From Octopus vulgaris (lineage: Eukaryota): a stretch of DNA of 64,000 bases. The first letter of the stretch is position 1. Each line of letters begins with the position of its first letter. Below the pieces are notes generated by a model. That model searched no databases. It had not been told where the DNA came from and saw nothing but the letters and a program-made list of their open reading frames with translations. Shown here piece after piece: positions 13,200 through 25,970 of the stretch. Both the position numbers and the translations under genes were made by a program. The DNA lies in assembly GCA_951406725.2 (NCBI GenBank), contig OX597814.1, positions 182,466,001 to 182,530,000 on the forward strand. The letters run 5' to 3'.

Positions 13200-14250
13200 T
13201 GGATATCATCTAGACATGATGTTAGCAAGTGTCTGTGACTTGCCCCAAGTAAGATGCATTTCTCTGAGCTTACTCTTAACTGTTCTATCACAGTTTTTCT
13301 GTGGTCGTCCAGATGTTCACTTCCAGGTAATGTCCATCTTAACATTACCATTGATATCTTCTCTCAGGCCATTCAGTGTGTGTAACCTAGCCATCTGTGC
13401 CACTGGAATTTATTCCAAATACCATACTACTGCAACCAATTTTGCAGTACAGCTCCTCCTTTAACACTTTGCTGTGCCCAAAGATGCAACATATTTTCAT
13501 CAGGCACCTACTGCAGAAAGAACTAATTTTTTTCATGTCTTCCTTTACACTCTCTAGCATTCTGACTCCTAAATTAGAACAGACTCACTGTTTTTATAGG
13601 TTCAATCTTAGTCCAAAGCCCATGAGCTTTGTTAAACCTTGCTTGGATGTCTCCTTTTGTTGTTAACTACTGATAAGGCTTCCTAGATATGTCAAGTTCT
13701 CCATATAGACTAGTGGTTCAGTACTGGCAGTGATAGGTACAGGGTTCCTGGATTTTTGAGGTACACATGTTAGAACTTGTCTGCCTTCGGTAGGTGATCT
13801 TTCTTTAAGGAGAGAGCTACCAATTCATCCACATTGTCAAGACTTTGCAAATGGAGAAGTGTCAACTGGATGCCTTAGCCTTATCTGATATGGTTTTTAC
13901 ACATGATCCAGTTGATGATAGAAACATCTTTGTCACACACTGGATTCCACTGAAAAATCATTTAGAGAGTACTATGTTGTCAATGACCATACTGCATTCA
14001 AAATAGTTATAGAAGAGATTTATCAGGATAATGATCTTCTCAAGGACTTCAAATGAATCTTTTAAAAGTAAATGACTACATTTGGTTGTTTCTTTCAATG
14101 GGTTTCCCCAGTGCACACTGCCAAAAGCCTTTCTGAAGTATATCAAAATTGATGAAAGAAAGGACATTCTCTTCAATGCAAAGATCTGATCAAGCTATCA
14201 AATACTTTTCCTAGATCCCTTTTTCTCTTCCCTCAGCTTGTGTCAATTGC
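13200..14250 (-). mobile_element. Highly decayed non-LTR reverse transcriptase remnant
   Basis: ORF 13958-14176 contains IYFRKAFGSVHW, resembling the RT motif IDFxKAFDSV; multiple stops and frameshifts. Confidence 0.5.
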
Positions 14251-15409
14251 TGTTTCAACTTGGAGCTTTTAATGGAACTGATGTATTCAGTGACTACAAG
14301 AGTTACAGTGAGGCTGAAAGACCACAAGGTGAAAAATGTTGAACAGCAACAAATGTATTAGGCTATAAGAATAAGGGATGGTTAGCATCTAAAATATAGC
14401 AGAAAATGGGAGGAAAAAAAAACAGCTGAAAGCCAATATTTTGGACACCAAGTTTATAAATTACAGAAGTTCCAGGAGCAGATTCAACAAGGATATAAGA
14501 CCAAGGACAAAGAGGTGAAAAGGTGTGTCACAAAAGATTAAATTTCTTTTATTGAGAAAGTAGTAAGTGAAGCTGAGCAGGCTGCAGTCAGTGGGAGAGA
14601 TGAGTATTTTTTTTATAAGATCAGTAGACAGCTTTGTGACAGCTATAACAGCCAGTCAGCCTTGGCCAGAGTCAAAGATGGCATCATCACAATACTGGAA
14701 AATGCCTGAAAGTCATGATGAAGGAGGAAAGTGGACAAGGATGAAAAAATTTAAAAAACAGAACTCATAAACATACAATAGCCTTCAACCGGCATACACT
14801 ACACCATTTTTATGCGCTACATTACATAGGAGATAAAACCTACATAGGGACAGGGGAACATTAAGCCTTTGGAGGTGTTCATGGGAAAGACATCTGATAG
14901 AGGTCAGAGGATAGATAAAGACTTCCTGTACTGGGGGTGGGGGTGGGAAGGGTGGGCACACTGCAAAACAGCAAAAACTCAGGCTGCCAGTGTGAAAGAA
15001 TATCGATGGTAACAATGAGATAGAATTGGGCATTTGAATTCTTAATTAGAGCTGTAACCAAGAGTTTTCGGTCAGCCAAACTGTGACAAAATTAGATAAA
15101 TGAATAAGTGACAATAATAAATGAACGTGAAAGAGAGGGAGAGTTGGCTCGAGCAAAGGGATCTTAAATTTTTTTTTCTTTCTCTCTAACTATACAGCGT
15201 GGAAGACGAGAATAATGAAATGAACTAATAAGGTAATTATAATCTATGCTGAAAAAAGAAGTTTAGATGTGTACAAGGTTGCTTATCTGAACATCTGATT
15301 TTCTACTCCTTTTGGCGAGGTGTTCAAATATGAGGTAGGGAAATCTGAATGAGCTAGTTTATATAGGATGGGGGAGCAGAGGTAAAGTATTGGGAGAAGT
15401 AAGTGGTTA

Positions 15410-16315
15410 TCATGGGCCGTGACTGCTGAGGACATGCATAAGCTTGCAAGGAATGAAGCCAGTATACTCCACTGGATGTGTAATGTCAGTGTGCATACAC
15501 AACAGAGTGTAAGCACCCTGAGAGAAAAGTTGGACTCAAGAATAATAAGATATGGTGTGCAAGAGACACGACTGCACTGGTATGGTCATGTGTTGCATAT
15601 GGATGAGGACTGCTGCGTGAAAAAGTGTCACACCCTAGCAGTAGAGGGGCACCTGTGGAAGAGGTAGACCCAGGAAGACCTGGGATGAGGTGGTAAAGAA
15701 TCGCCTTCGAACATTGGGCCTCACTGAGGCGATGACAAATGACCAAGACCTTTGGAGATATGCTGTGCTTGAGAAGACCCGACAAGCCAAGTGAGACTGT
15801 AACTGTGGCCTATGCTAGTGCAGCATAACCAGCCCATTTAAGAGTATCCTTCAATCATTAGGCAAAAAACTGCACTTACGAAGACCTATTAAGGCAAGTG
15901 AAATCGTTGTTGTGGCCGAATACAGTGCTGCCTGATTGGCACCTGTGCACGCAAAAAGCACCATTCAAGCGTGATTGATGCCAGTGCTGCCTGACTGGTC
16001 CTGTGCCGGTGGCATGTAAAAAGCACCATTTGAGTGTGGCCAAAGCCAATGCTGCTTGACTGGCTCTTGTGCCAGCAGCATGTAAAAAGCACCATTCAAG
16101 CATGGTCGATGCCAGTACTGCCTGACTGGCCCTCGCGCCGGTGGCACGTAAAAAGCACCCACTCTCAGAATGGTTGGCATTAGGAAGGACATCCAGCTGT
16201 AGAAACTTTGCCAGATTGGATTGGAGGCTGGTGCAGCCTTCTGGCTTGCCAGCCCTCAGTCAAACCGTCCAACCCATGCCAGCATGGAAAGCAGATGTTA
16301 AACAATGTTGGTGAT
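15410..16315 (+). mobile_element. 5'-truncated RTE LINE (ORF C-terminus plus 3' UTR)
   Basis: ILHWMCNVS..LREKL..RLHWYGHVLHMDED..VEG/RGRPRKTWDEVV (frameshifted), followed by a UTR with tandem ggcacgtaaaaagcacc units and a degenerate gat tail. Confidence 0.85.
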
Positions 16316-17010
16316 GAATAGTATAAAATGTTGAAAAATACCAGGAAAAAAAGATATCAAAATTTCATTTTCTTTATAACAGCTATTCTGAAAGTCTAAT
16401 CCCAAATACTGTTGTAAATACATTTTGGGAAAGGAAATCTTGTAAAAAGAATTCTGATTTCCATATATCCTAATTCTGTTTGGGTACTATCTTTGTATGA
16501 TATATTAAATGCCCATTAACTAACACTGCCATCCATCCTACTTCTCTTTCAATTAGGGTAACCATGTACCTTCCTGACATAAAGCCATCTTCCTCAATAC
16601 TACCCCCACTCCCACCTCAGTTGAGAAGTTTTGAGCCAATACCACATAAAAAGCACCAGTACATTCTGTAAAGTAGTTGGTGTTAGGAAGAGCATCCAAC
16701 CAATAGAAACCACTCTAAAGTAGAGACTGGAATTTGTAGTCCTCTTAACTTGCCAGCTGCTGCCAAACTGTCCAACTCCATGCCATCAGCATGGAAAACA
16801 AACATTAAATGAATATCCAGATATTCCTTTCTCTGGAACTTCTCTTTGGCCATATCTTTCCATATTAATCTACAACCATGTCATGATTAGTTGTATTGAC
16901 TTCATACTGCTATCCAACCCTTCAAAAACACAGGGTTATAAAGGTTCCATCCAAACATCACATATATTTTACTGGTTTCAGTCATTGAACTGTGACACTG
17001 CCTTCAACAC

Positions 17011-17248
17011 GGGCATATGACATAGTGGTTAAGAGCACAGGCTACTAACCCTAAGATTCCAAGTTCGATTCCAAGCAGTGACCATAATAATAATAATAAT
17101 AACATCGAAAAATACCTTAGGAATGAGAACCCAGGTTGGAAATTTCCCCAAGACACTTGATGAAGGCTGGAGGTTATATCAGCCGAAATGTTGTGTTAAC
17201 AACAAACAAGATGAGGACAAATAACCGTCAAATGTAGATAATGTAAAT
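17011..17248 (+). mobile_element. tRNA-headed SINE-like element with a (TAA)n linker and a decayed hammerhead motif in its 3' part
   Basis: A box tgacatagtgg (17018-17028), B box gttcgattcc (17063-17072), (taa)n, then gacac-ttgatga-a-ggctg..cagcc-gaaa-tgtt-gtgtt at 17152-17197. Confidence 0.65.
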
Positions 17249-17344
17249 CAACTCCATTACTTATTTTTTAAAGTCTAGAACTTATTCCATCGGTTCCTTT
17301 TACTGAAATGCTATGTTAAGAGAACATATATATAATCATCGTCG

Positions 17345-17702
17345 TGTGGTAAGTAGCTTGCTTACCAATCACATGGTTCCCGGTTCGTCCCACTGCGTGG
17401 CACCTTGGGCAAGTGTCTTCTACTATAGCCTCGGGCCGACCAAAGCCTTGTGAGTGGATTTGGTAGATGGAAACTGAAAGAAGCCCGTCGTATGTGTGTG
17501 TGTCCCCACAACATCGTTTGACAACTGATGCTGGTGTGTTTAGGTCCCTGTAACTTAGTGGTTCAGCAAAAGAGACCAATAGAATAAATACTAGGCTTAC
17601 AAAGAATAAATCCTGGGGTCAATTTGATTCGACTAAAGGCGGTGCTCCAGCATGGCCACAGTCAAACGATTGAAACAAGTAAAAGAAAAAAAAGAATAAA
17701 GA
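17345..17702 (+). mobile_element. SINE family A
   Basis: Body and tail match the other family A copies. Confidence 0.85.
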
Positions 17703-18938
17703 ATATATATTATCATCGTCTACTTCTCCATGATTGCATGGGTGAGATGGGATCTGTTGGGGTAAATTTTCAACGGCTGGATGCTCTGCCTCTTGCCAAC
17801 CCTTACCTACTTCCAAGTAAGGTCATATTCTCCATGATCAGGAAAGTTTTCAAGAAAGATTGGAAATGAAAGTCACCGCTTGTATGACAGTGACATCTGG
17901 TTACACCTATCACACGAAGTCAAGGCATGGAGATAGTAACCAACACACACAACATGCTCCCATACAATTTCTGTCAAAATTTATTCACAAGGCATCGGCC
18001 ACTCCGGAGCTGTAGTAGAAGATACTTGCCCAAGTTGTGCAATGGGACTGAACCTGAAACCTCGTTCCTTAACCACACAGGCAATACTTAATATTCAGTG
18101 AAGATTGTCAATTTGTAGAGAACAGGTGTTTCTGAGATTCACACAACAATTTCGTCTCAAGCCTGCCTTCTGAAAGCGAAGTGGTTCTTAGAGTAGTACA
18201 AATACCCCAAAGTTTGAGGAAATAGAGAAAGAGGGTAGCAATGAAAGGTCCCAGTTTTTAACTCAAATATATCAGCCCGTGCACAAATGGGGTATAAGTC
18301 TCACAAGATATTTTTTCTTTTTTTTTTGCAAAGGAAGTTTTGCTTAAAAAAAAAAAATTCTGTCCTCTTTTAGACATTCTGAAGAGAAAAAAAAATGTAT
18401 GAATACGAGATTACTTGTTTCTGAGCACCTCTTAGATGTTGGGATCGATTCAGTTCCAAGATGAAATTCGTAATCTTACGTCCGAAGAAATTAGTATCTT
18501 ACCAGCGTTGACGAACAGAACATGGAAGCATCGAGAACGACAGTTCCATAGTAACCTCATTCCATTGGCAAGACCCTTCGATAGTAAATTGTAATACAAC
18601 TTATAGGCAATCTTTCGTGTTCGGTCTGCGAGGCAATGTTGGCAATCAAAATTACTCAACTTGTGAAACAACAGTTCTTAAGCATGGTCGTTGTATTAAA
18701 CCAGATTTTGAGTAATGCCGGCATAAGTACTAATTCTTAGAATGCTAAATATTTTACACTGTGTAATAAATTGTCCACATATAAGGAATAATTGGCAGAA
18801 CTGAATCAAGTAATATTTCTGATCCAAGAGTTCACGATCATCAACTGTCTAGTTCTCGTAGGGTCAATTGTAAATAAAAAGGTTACGCTACAATATCCAA
18901 AACCGGCTTAATCCTTATATATATATTAAAAAGAAAAA

Positions 18939-19002
18939 GGCACTGTCATACTTTTAGTTGTCAGAAGACTTTCCTCCTGACAACTAAAAGCATGACAGTG
19001 TC
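18939..19002. repeat. 26-bp inverted repeat (hairpin)
   Basis: ggcactgtcatacttttagttgtcag / ctgacaactaaaagcatgacagtgtc with a 12-nt loop. Confidence 0.8.
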
Positions 19003-19676
19003 AAAAAAAAAACAAGTTCACGTTTTCTATGGATACAATACAAACTTATGGTTTATTAATTATTTTGCTATCAACGTTATCACTAACTGCCCTTGAGCAA
19101 ATGAACCTAATACTGTGAGTAAAGGGCACCTCCAGGCTGTAGTATTCACAAAAACCATATCGTCAAAAACTTTGTGCCAAATGCTAAGTACCCTCGTTAA
19201 TTTTCTGTCCTTTAGAAGCATTAAAAAAATCAAAATGACAGAGGTGTGATACGATATATCCTTTTGATAACAGTAATATTTATTTAGTAACGAATCAAAT
19301 GTTATTAGAGAATAAATAATGAAATAACACAAAATAAACATCAAGCAACAAGTATAAACATCTTTTAAGTAATTCAGAAGTTTTACAATAAGCAATACAT
19401 AGGTACTAGTAAAATACATATGCTTTATAATAACCAATCACCTCCTACGGTATTACATAATTTTGACGCTTTTTTACTTCGCGTAAACATATAACAGTAA
19501 TAAAAGGACTTGGAGTAAGACTAGTTAAAAATACCGTAGTTTATACGCAAATTATGTTACATAATATAAATTAAAAAAACAATTATAAATCGCGTATAGA
19601 GTGTCGGTTTAGAGCAATCGGTGAAATTCCCACAATAATTTAACGAATACGAATGTTAGTTCATTTTATAACTTAC

Positions 19677-19712
19677 CGTTCTCATGAAAGAACTGCAAAG
19701 ATACGAAGACAT
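19677..19712 (-). CDS. MRPS24: MRPS24 coding exon 1 (MSSYLCSSFMRT, start of mitochondrial targeting peptide)
   Basis: ATG at 19712, 36 nt, strong donor ACG|gtaagt, phase 0 matching exon 2. Lies in the CpG-rich promoter region. Total CDS 528 nt = 175 aa. Confidence 0.8.
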
Positions 19713-19899
19713 AATTTCAGCTTCGATTACGTTTGCCGATCGCTGACAATATTGAGAAAAACGCATGCGTGTCAAAGACACGTTGGTAGCGACAGTGTGC
19801 TACGCTACTTGCCATTGGACGAACGGAAAATATCGACCAATAAAATTGCTTCGCTCAAATTCACTTCGGTCCTCGCCTACAATTAGTGCAGCCATTTTG
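19713..19899. promoter_or_regulatory. Bidirectional promoter between MRPS24 (-) and SAR1 (+)
   Basis: CpG-enriched; NRF1-like palindrome acgcatgcgt at 19761-19770; CCAAT boxes on both strands (19814-19818, 19837-19841); YY1-like gccattttg at 19891-19899. Confidence 0.65.
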
Positions 19900-19924
19900 T
19901 TTTGATGTGCAAACCCAACGAAAG
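19860..19924 (+). other. SAR1: Putative SAR1 non-coding exon 1 (TSS approximate)
   Basis: YY1 motif followed by donor AAG|gtaaat at 19924/19925. The first coding exon is preceded by an acceptor, so an upstream UTR exon is required. Confidence 0.55.
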
Positions 19925-21846
19925 GTAAATGAATTAAGTCGCTTCACAATTTTTACACAGAACTTTGTGGGATTATTTTTTGGGGCCATGAAATAGCTGT
20001 TTTAATTCTTGTTAATGTTCATCGAGTATTTCCTATTGATAATTTCGTTTTAACTTGACGCTTTCTCAAATTTATGCTCTGTATTAGTCGGATAATTTAA
20101 AGAACTGTTGACGTACATATGTATATATATATAATATATCAACAGATGTAATTGAATACATTGAATATATCACTAGTTACCTATACCTTACATATATTTA
20201 TCTATCTACTCAAAAGAAATATTTAAAGTTATGTAATTATCTAATTAAAATGCTTATGATCATACCAGTTCTTCATCTCAATTGTTTTAAAAATAAAATT
20301 CAGCTGTTTCCTCCTTCCTTTTGTTCTCGTTAAATTCAAAATATGACAAATATTTCAACACTTAATTCGACCTATCTCTCCTCTTCTCCTATACGTATGT
20401 ATTTATACTTCACTTGCAGATAGAAGCTGTACATACGACTTAGGATTGGGTGTCAACTTTAGAGATTGTGATTCGTAACTGGGCGTACGCTAAAATATTT
20501 CGCCAATACGTTTATTACTTTACTGAATTATAATCTTTGATTATGAGACATGTTCTTGATCAGCGAATTAGACAAGATAAACGATCAGTTACCAGACTCA
20601 TTAAACGCAAACTTCTGTTTAATTTTTGGCAAAAGTTTCTTTTCCCCTTCATGAATGAATATAAGTGTCAAAAAATTCATCTTGTGATTGAATTCGTATC
20701 TAGTTTTCAACTTTGAACTTTGTATACGTATTTGAGTATCTCTTTTGTTCATGTTAGCTGAGTAACATATAAATTATGGAAATTTAAAGGATTTCCATTC
20801 ACTTATATTTCAAATTATTTTCGGAAATTCCTATTGAAACTAATTATTTTGTGGCTCTCCTTATCTAATCTAAACAGTAAACGAGAATTGTAAAGAACAA
20901 AATCTGTTATATGTGAATTTATTATTCTTATTCTTACATATATAACGTTCATAGTTGATATAATTAAATGAATACTTATTACTGTATTGTTAGTTGCTCT
21001 CTTCAAAAGACAATTCTGGTGAAGATCGCCTTCGATACTAACTTTTTGACGAATCAGCATAAAAAGGGGAAATATCCCCACCCTACACTGTGATAGTAAT
21101 GAGTTAAGATTGTTTACAAACAGGTTTAATCGTATACAAGATTGTCGACAAATCGTAAATTGTTATTCAGTCTCCGTTTTTACTTATGTCAACATGAACG
21201 CCTATCAATTTCATTACGATAATCTTAATGTCGTTTCTTTTACTTTTTTATTGTTAATTCACTGTGAACTAGGTTGTATTTTAGATGTTTTGCTTTAATC
21301 TATGGGAAATTGTTAATTTATTTTTAAACAATTATTTGCAGATGATAATTATACACTTCATAGTTATTTCTGTCACATTCATGTGAAAATAAATATCAGT
21401 TGCTCAGATGCAACTAGTTTTTAACCAGATTTCATTACCTTATCACACTTCAAATAATAATCCAACTTTTTTTTTTTTATCATTTTAGCTGAATGGGTTT
21501 AAATATTTTCAATTTTAATATATCGCATACTTAAATTTGTGTCAATAAACCTAAATTCTTTGCATTACAGCATTTCTGCAACAAGCTAGTCAACTTCAGT
21601 TGTCTGTCATCGTTTAGTTCACTACACATCTTTAATAAAGGTTTCTTTTTGTTTCCGCTAATCCTGTCACGAGTATAACATAAAAAATTCGAGTTATTCA
21701 AATTATTAAACTGGTTTTCGTAAATCTCTTTGTACGTCTGTATATTTACTTTGGCATAAGAACTTTTTTGTTTACACTGTATAATTTTATATTTTTAATG
21801 ATTTATATTCATAATTTCATTTTATTTTTACTATTAGGTCTCAAGT

Positions 21847-21889
21847 ATGTTTATGATTGAATGGATTACCAACATCCTAAATTTTATGG
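21847..21889 (+). CDS. SAR1: SAR1 small GTPase, coding exon 1 (amphipathic N-terminal helix MFMIEWITNILNFM-G)
   Basis: Acceptor ttag at 21837, ATG at 21847, donor G|gtaaga, phase 1. Confidence 0.88.
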
Positions 21890-24639
21890 GTAAGAAAAAA
21901 AAAGCTTAATCATTTATGTTTATCAAATTGATGGAAGGTTTAATATTTAAGAATGCTCAAACTACTACCAGTAATAATAGTAATATGATTTCGATTGATC
22001 TCTTTCATTTTACTAATTTATTACTGTTGAGGATAGCTTACTGCTACAGTTGAGTTCGTTTCTCAATAACTGGTATCTTACAAACGAGTGACATAGTGTG
22101 TGTGTGTGTGTGTTATTACCAGAAAACTGAGAATGTTCTCTGTATAGAGTTTAGGTTAAGTGACCAAACAGATTTTGTTGGTCAGAAACCTACAGCAACG
22201 TTATATTTTAGAAACGAGACATTCAAATAAAATTTTCTTTTGAAGATTTAACAGTGTTCGTGCTTTAAAAAAAATAAAAGCATGTGAACACACACACCTC
22301 TTTTATATATTAGATAAAATATCAGAGCATAGGAATGATCGTGTGAACAAATAGTCTTTCAGGAGCAAGTAACTCATTATTTTCACTTAATCTTTGCAAG
22401 ATCTATTTTTACAACTGATCCAGCTGCTGAAAATGTGAATAATTTGGAACTACTATTATGACTTATTTCAAGGCTAATATTTTATCAATAAATAAGTACT
22501 ATTTACCACAGAAGTTGTCAACAGTAGGAAGGGTATCCAGCTGTGAAAAAGCTATTGCCTCCATTAGGAATAAAAAAAAGTATGAATGCAAAATAGCAAG
22601 GCTCTGGATGTCAGTTCTTGTTGAATTCAGTTTGGAGTATGATTTTTATTGCCATATTTGACCACCCAGTCTTGCAGTGATTCTCAGCATTATGTAACTC
22701 AACACCATCTTTTACTGGAATTGTATTTTTACAAACACCCCATCCTTGCATTGGTAATCGAACACATAAATTTTGTGCAGTGATTTATTATCTATATATT
22801 CTCATATTTTTCTATCGATCATCATCATATTTAACGTCCATGTTCTTCCTTTTAGACACTTGCATGGACTAGTACCTCTATGCTAAACTTATAAAAATTA
22901 CTAAAGAAAGTGTCAAATTCACCATGAAACCAAGGACTTATATTTATGAAATTATATTTAGATTTGCATTATTGGTGTACATGAATAAAAACAAAATAGA
23001 ATAAAGAACACTACAATTTAAATTTTAAATGAAATACTATTAAGGTTTTGTAACTGATGTTAGTAAATCAAATCCATATGCCTGTATTTGATTATTTTTA
23101 AGATTAAAAAAAAGTAAATATAAATTAATTCAAGATACTCAATAAATCCTCATATTTCAAAAACAATATCAACAATTGAAAAATAGTACTGGTTTCAACA
23201 TTGGTGATTTTTGTTTCTTTAATGGAGTTTCACATTACTGTGGTTCAACCCACATTATTCGAATTTTAGGAAATGTACAGAACACAGATGTCATGGGTGC
23301 AAGTCACTGTCATCTCCATGATTGGAGCAATGTCCTCCATAAAATATTTTTTTGTGAAAAAGAAGCCATGACAGATTATATAATCTGAAAGATAAGCTGA
23401 ACAAGAAAAATCACAAATGCTTATCCTTATATATGAAATTTTGAATTTAGTTCTCAGACCCACCCACCCACCCCAGTCCTACCTTTGTGGAGCACATGTT
23501 GGGAACCACTGCTATAAATCAATGTGGTAGTTTATGTAGAGAACTAACACGTGTATATGGTTAAAAAATTTTTTTTAAATCAGACCACTGGTGCAAAAGA
23601 AAATATGGTGCAAAATGCGCTTAAGACCACTTATCATCCAGGCTAGAACTATTGTATTAGTGACTAACTTTTGAAACAAAATGTAATACCTTGCAAATAG
23701 AATTTCAAATTGATCATACTCACCTAAAATTAAATTCTAAAATAATGTATATCATTCAGTTAAGTAATTTCCCTATATTTTTACTTAATCTAGAAAGCTT
23801 AATTTTCTTTTAAAGATCTGTTTAAAACAAACTACACATATCTAAATGGAATGTAAATTAAATAGAATTTCTGATATCGTGCTTTATTTATCTCTGACTG
23901 GTATCATTTTAAAGGAATTTGAATTTTGCATATTTTTTTGCAGTTATGCAAAACAAACTTATTTCAATTGAAAATCTCAAGTTAGCAATTCAGTTTTATT
24001 TTGTAATGTAAAGAGAGTACAATATCTAATATGTGTCACGTGATAAATTATTTATTAATGACTAATTGGTTTGTGTACCAGAAAGTTTAGTTAAAGAATT
24101 GTAGTGTTACCAGTTTGAAAGCCTCATTATATGTACTAATTATGTGGCATGTTGCCAATAAGCGTAGTTATATCTTAGTTTTTCAGGCAGAAAAATCACT
24201 TTATAACTAATTTAAGTTTTTGTTTGTTTTTACTCTAGCAACTTAAATTATAGAATCAAATAGAAAATAAGTGCTACGGTTCTGCTAATCTTGAATTTAA
24301 ACTTTCCTTTCATACATACCAAAGAACAGTTTAAAATTTTGTGAGGTGCTGGCATGGCTGTGTGGTGTAAAAGTCTACTTCTCAATCATGTGGTTTTGAG
24401 TTCAGTTCCACTGAACTGCACTTTGTGTCTTCCACAATAACCCTGGGCTAACCAAATCCTTGTAAGTGGGTTCATTGAACAGAAATTAAATGAAGCTCAT
24501 TGTACATGTGTGTTTGTTTCTCTTTGTCCTGACATTGTGTGATAGTTGTAAAGAAGCATCACCATCCTACAAGTGATGATATTCATCTCCAATCTTCTGT
24601 GTAAACATGTCTGGCCACAGTGAAATATTACCTTGCTTA

Positions 24640-25023
24640 GAAACAGGTGAGTTATGGCAACAGGAAGGACATCCAGCTGTAGAAAATCTGCCTCAACAAA
24701 TTCCATATGAGCATGAATAAGGAGATACGTAAAAAGCACCATCTGAACGTGGCCGATGCCAGTGCCACCTTAACTGGCTTCTGTGCTGGTGGCAATGTAA
24801 AAAGCACCAACCATTCGTGGCCGCTGCCAGCCTTCCCTGACACGTAAAAAGCACCCACTACACTCACGGAGTGGTTGGCGTTAGGAAGGGCATCCAGCTG
24901 TAGAAACACTACCAGTTCAGACTGGAACCTGGTGCAGCCTCCTGACTTCCCAGACCCCAGTTGAACCATCCAACCCGTGCTAGCACGGAAAACGGACATT
25001 AAACGATGATAATGATGATGATG
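24640..25023 (+). mobile_element. RTE 3' UTR-derived repeat(s) with (GAT)n tail
   Basis: Tandem cgtaaaaagcacc units and ggttggcgttaggaagggcatccagc. Confidence 0.75.
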
Positions 25024-25605
25024 AATACATTCAGATCCCATTAAATTATCAGATGTATTTGACCTTGTATCATTTACTAACTTAGGTAATATAAATAATA
25101 GAAGATTTGTTTCTACGTATGTGGTCATTACTTGAATATTTTGCACTCATGACTATTGTAATCAACAGTATCTGAAAGAATTCACAGCAATTTTTTTGCG
25201 AAAATATTCACAAGAATTTTGTTTTCATTCTATTGCATTTAATTTTCCATAAGTATTGTTATTCATCTGATGCATGACATTTTTAACTGTTGATCTACAT
25301 AATAGTAGTTAACATATTTAAATTAGGGAGCATTAAAATGTTAGAAAATAACTTTGATGTCAAATCATAAGAAAGAAAAGGTCTAAATGCTTTGACACAA
25401 AAAATGTGACCTAACTTCAGTAGTTTCTGAGGTACCACAAGCAGACTGACATGCTATCAAACAAGCAAACTTGACAAAGATTAGGAGCAATGGTGGTTAG
25501 TGATGCACAGAAAATAATGGATAGATATTGGTAGGTGTCAAACAATTTGGACATGGGTCTGGATAAGATGGTGTTAAGGATATTTGATGTGTTAGCACCC
25601 ACACC

Positions 25606-25970
25606 AGGCATAACTGCAGGGTAAGAAGCTTGCTTCTCAACCATTTGATTCTGGGTTCAGTCCCACTGTGTGGCACCCTGGGCAAGTGTCTTCTACTATA
25701 GCCTTGGGCCAACCAAAGCCTTGTGAGTGGATTTGGTAGATAGAAACTGAAAGAAGCCTATCGTGTGTGTGTTTGTAACCCACCATAGCTTAACAACCGA
25801 TTGTGGTGTGTTTACATCCCTGTAATTTAGCAGTTCAGCAAAAGAGACTGCTAGAATAAGTATTAGGCTTCAAAAAAATAACAAGTTCTAGGGTAAGTTC
25901 ATTCGACTAAAACCCTTCAAGGTGGTGCCCCAGCATGGCCGCAGTCAAATGATTGAAACAAGTAAAATCT
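25606..25970 (+). mobile_element. SINE family A (diverged)
   Basis: gggttcagtcccactgtgtggcacc..gccttgtgagtggatttggtaga..gaaacaagtaaa. Confidence 0.8.

Noticed and set aside
17011-17082. Possible tRNA gene (also SINE heads at 3348, 45431, 58365)
   Set aside because: No complete acceptor stem or cloverleaf; each continues into a repeat body, so these are SINE heads.
18803-18850. Minus-strand TTGATGA..GAAATATTA hammerhead-like string
   Set aside because: Stems I and II cannot be formed convincingly with correct spacing; it may be a decayed remnant but is not supportable.
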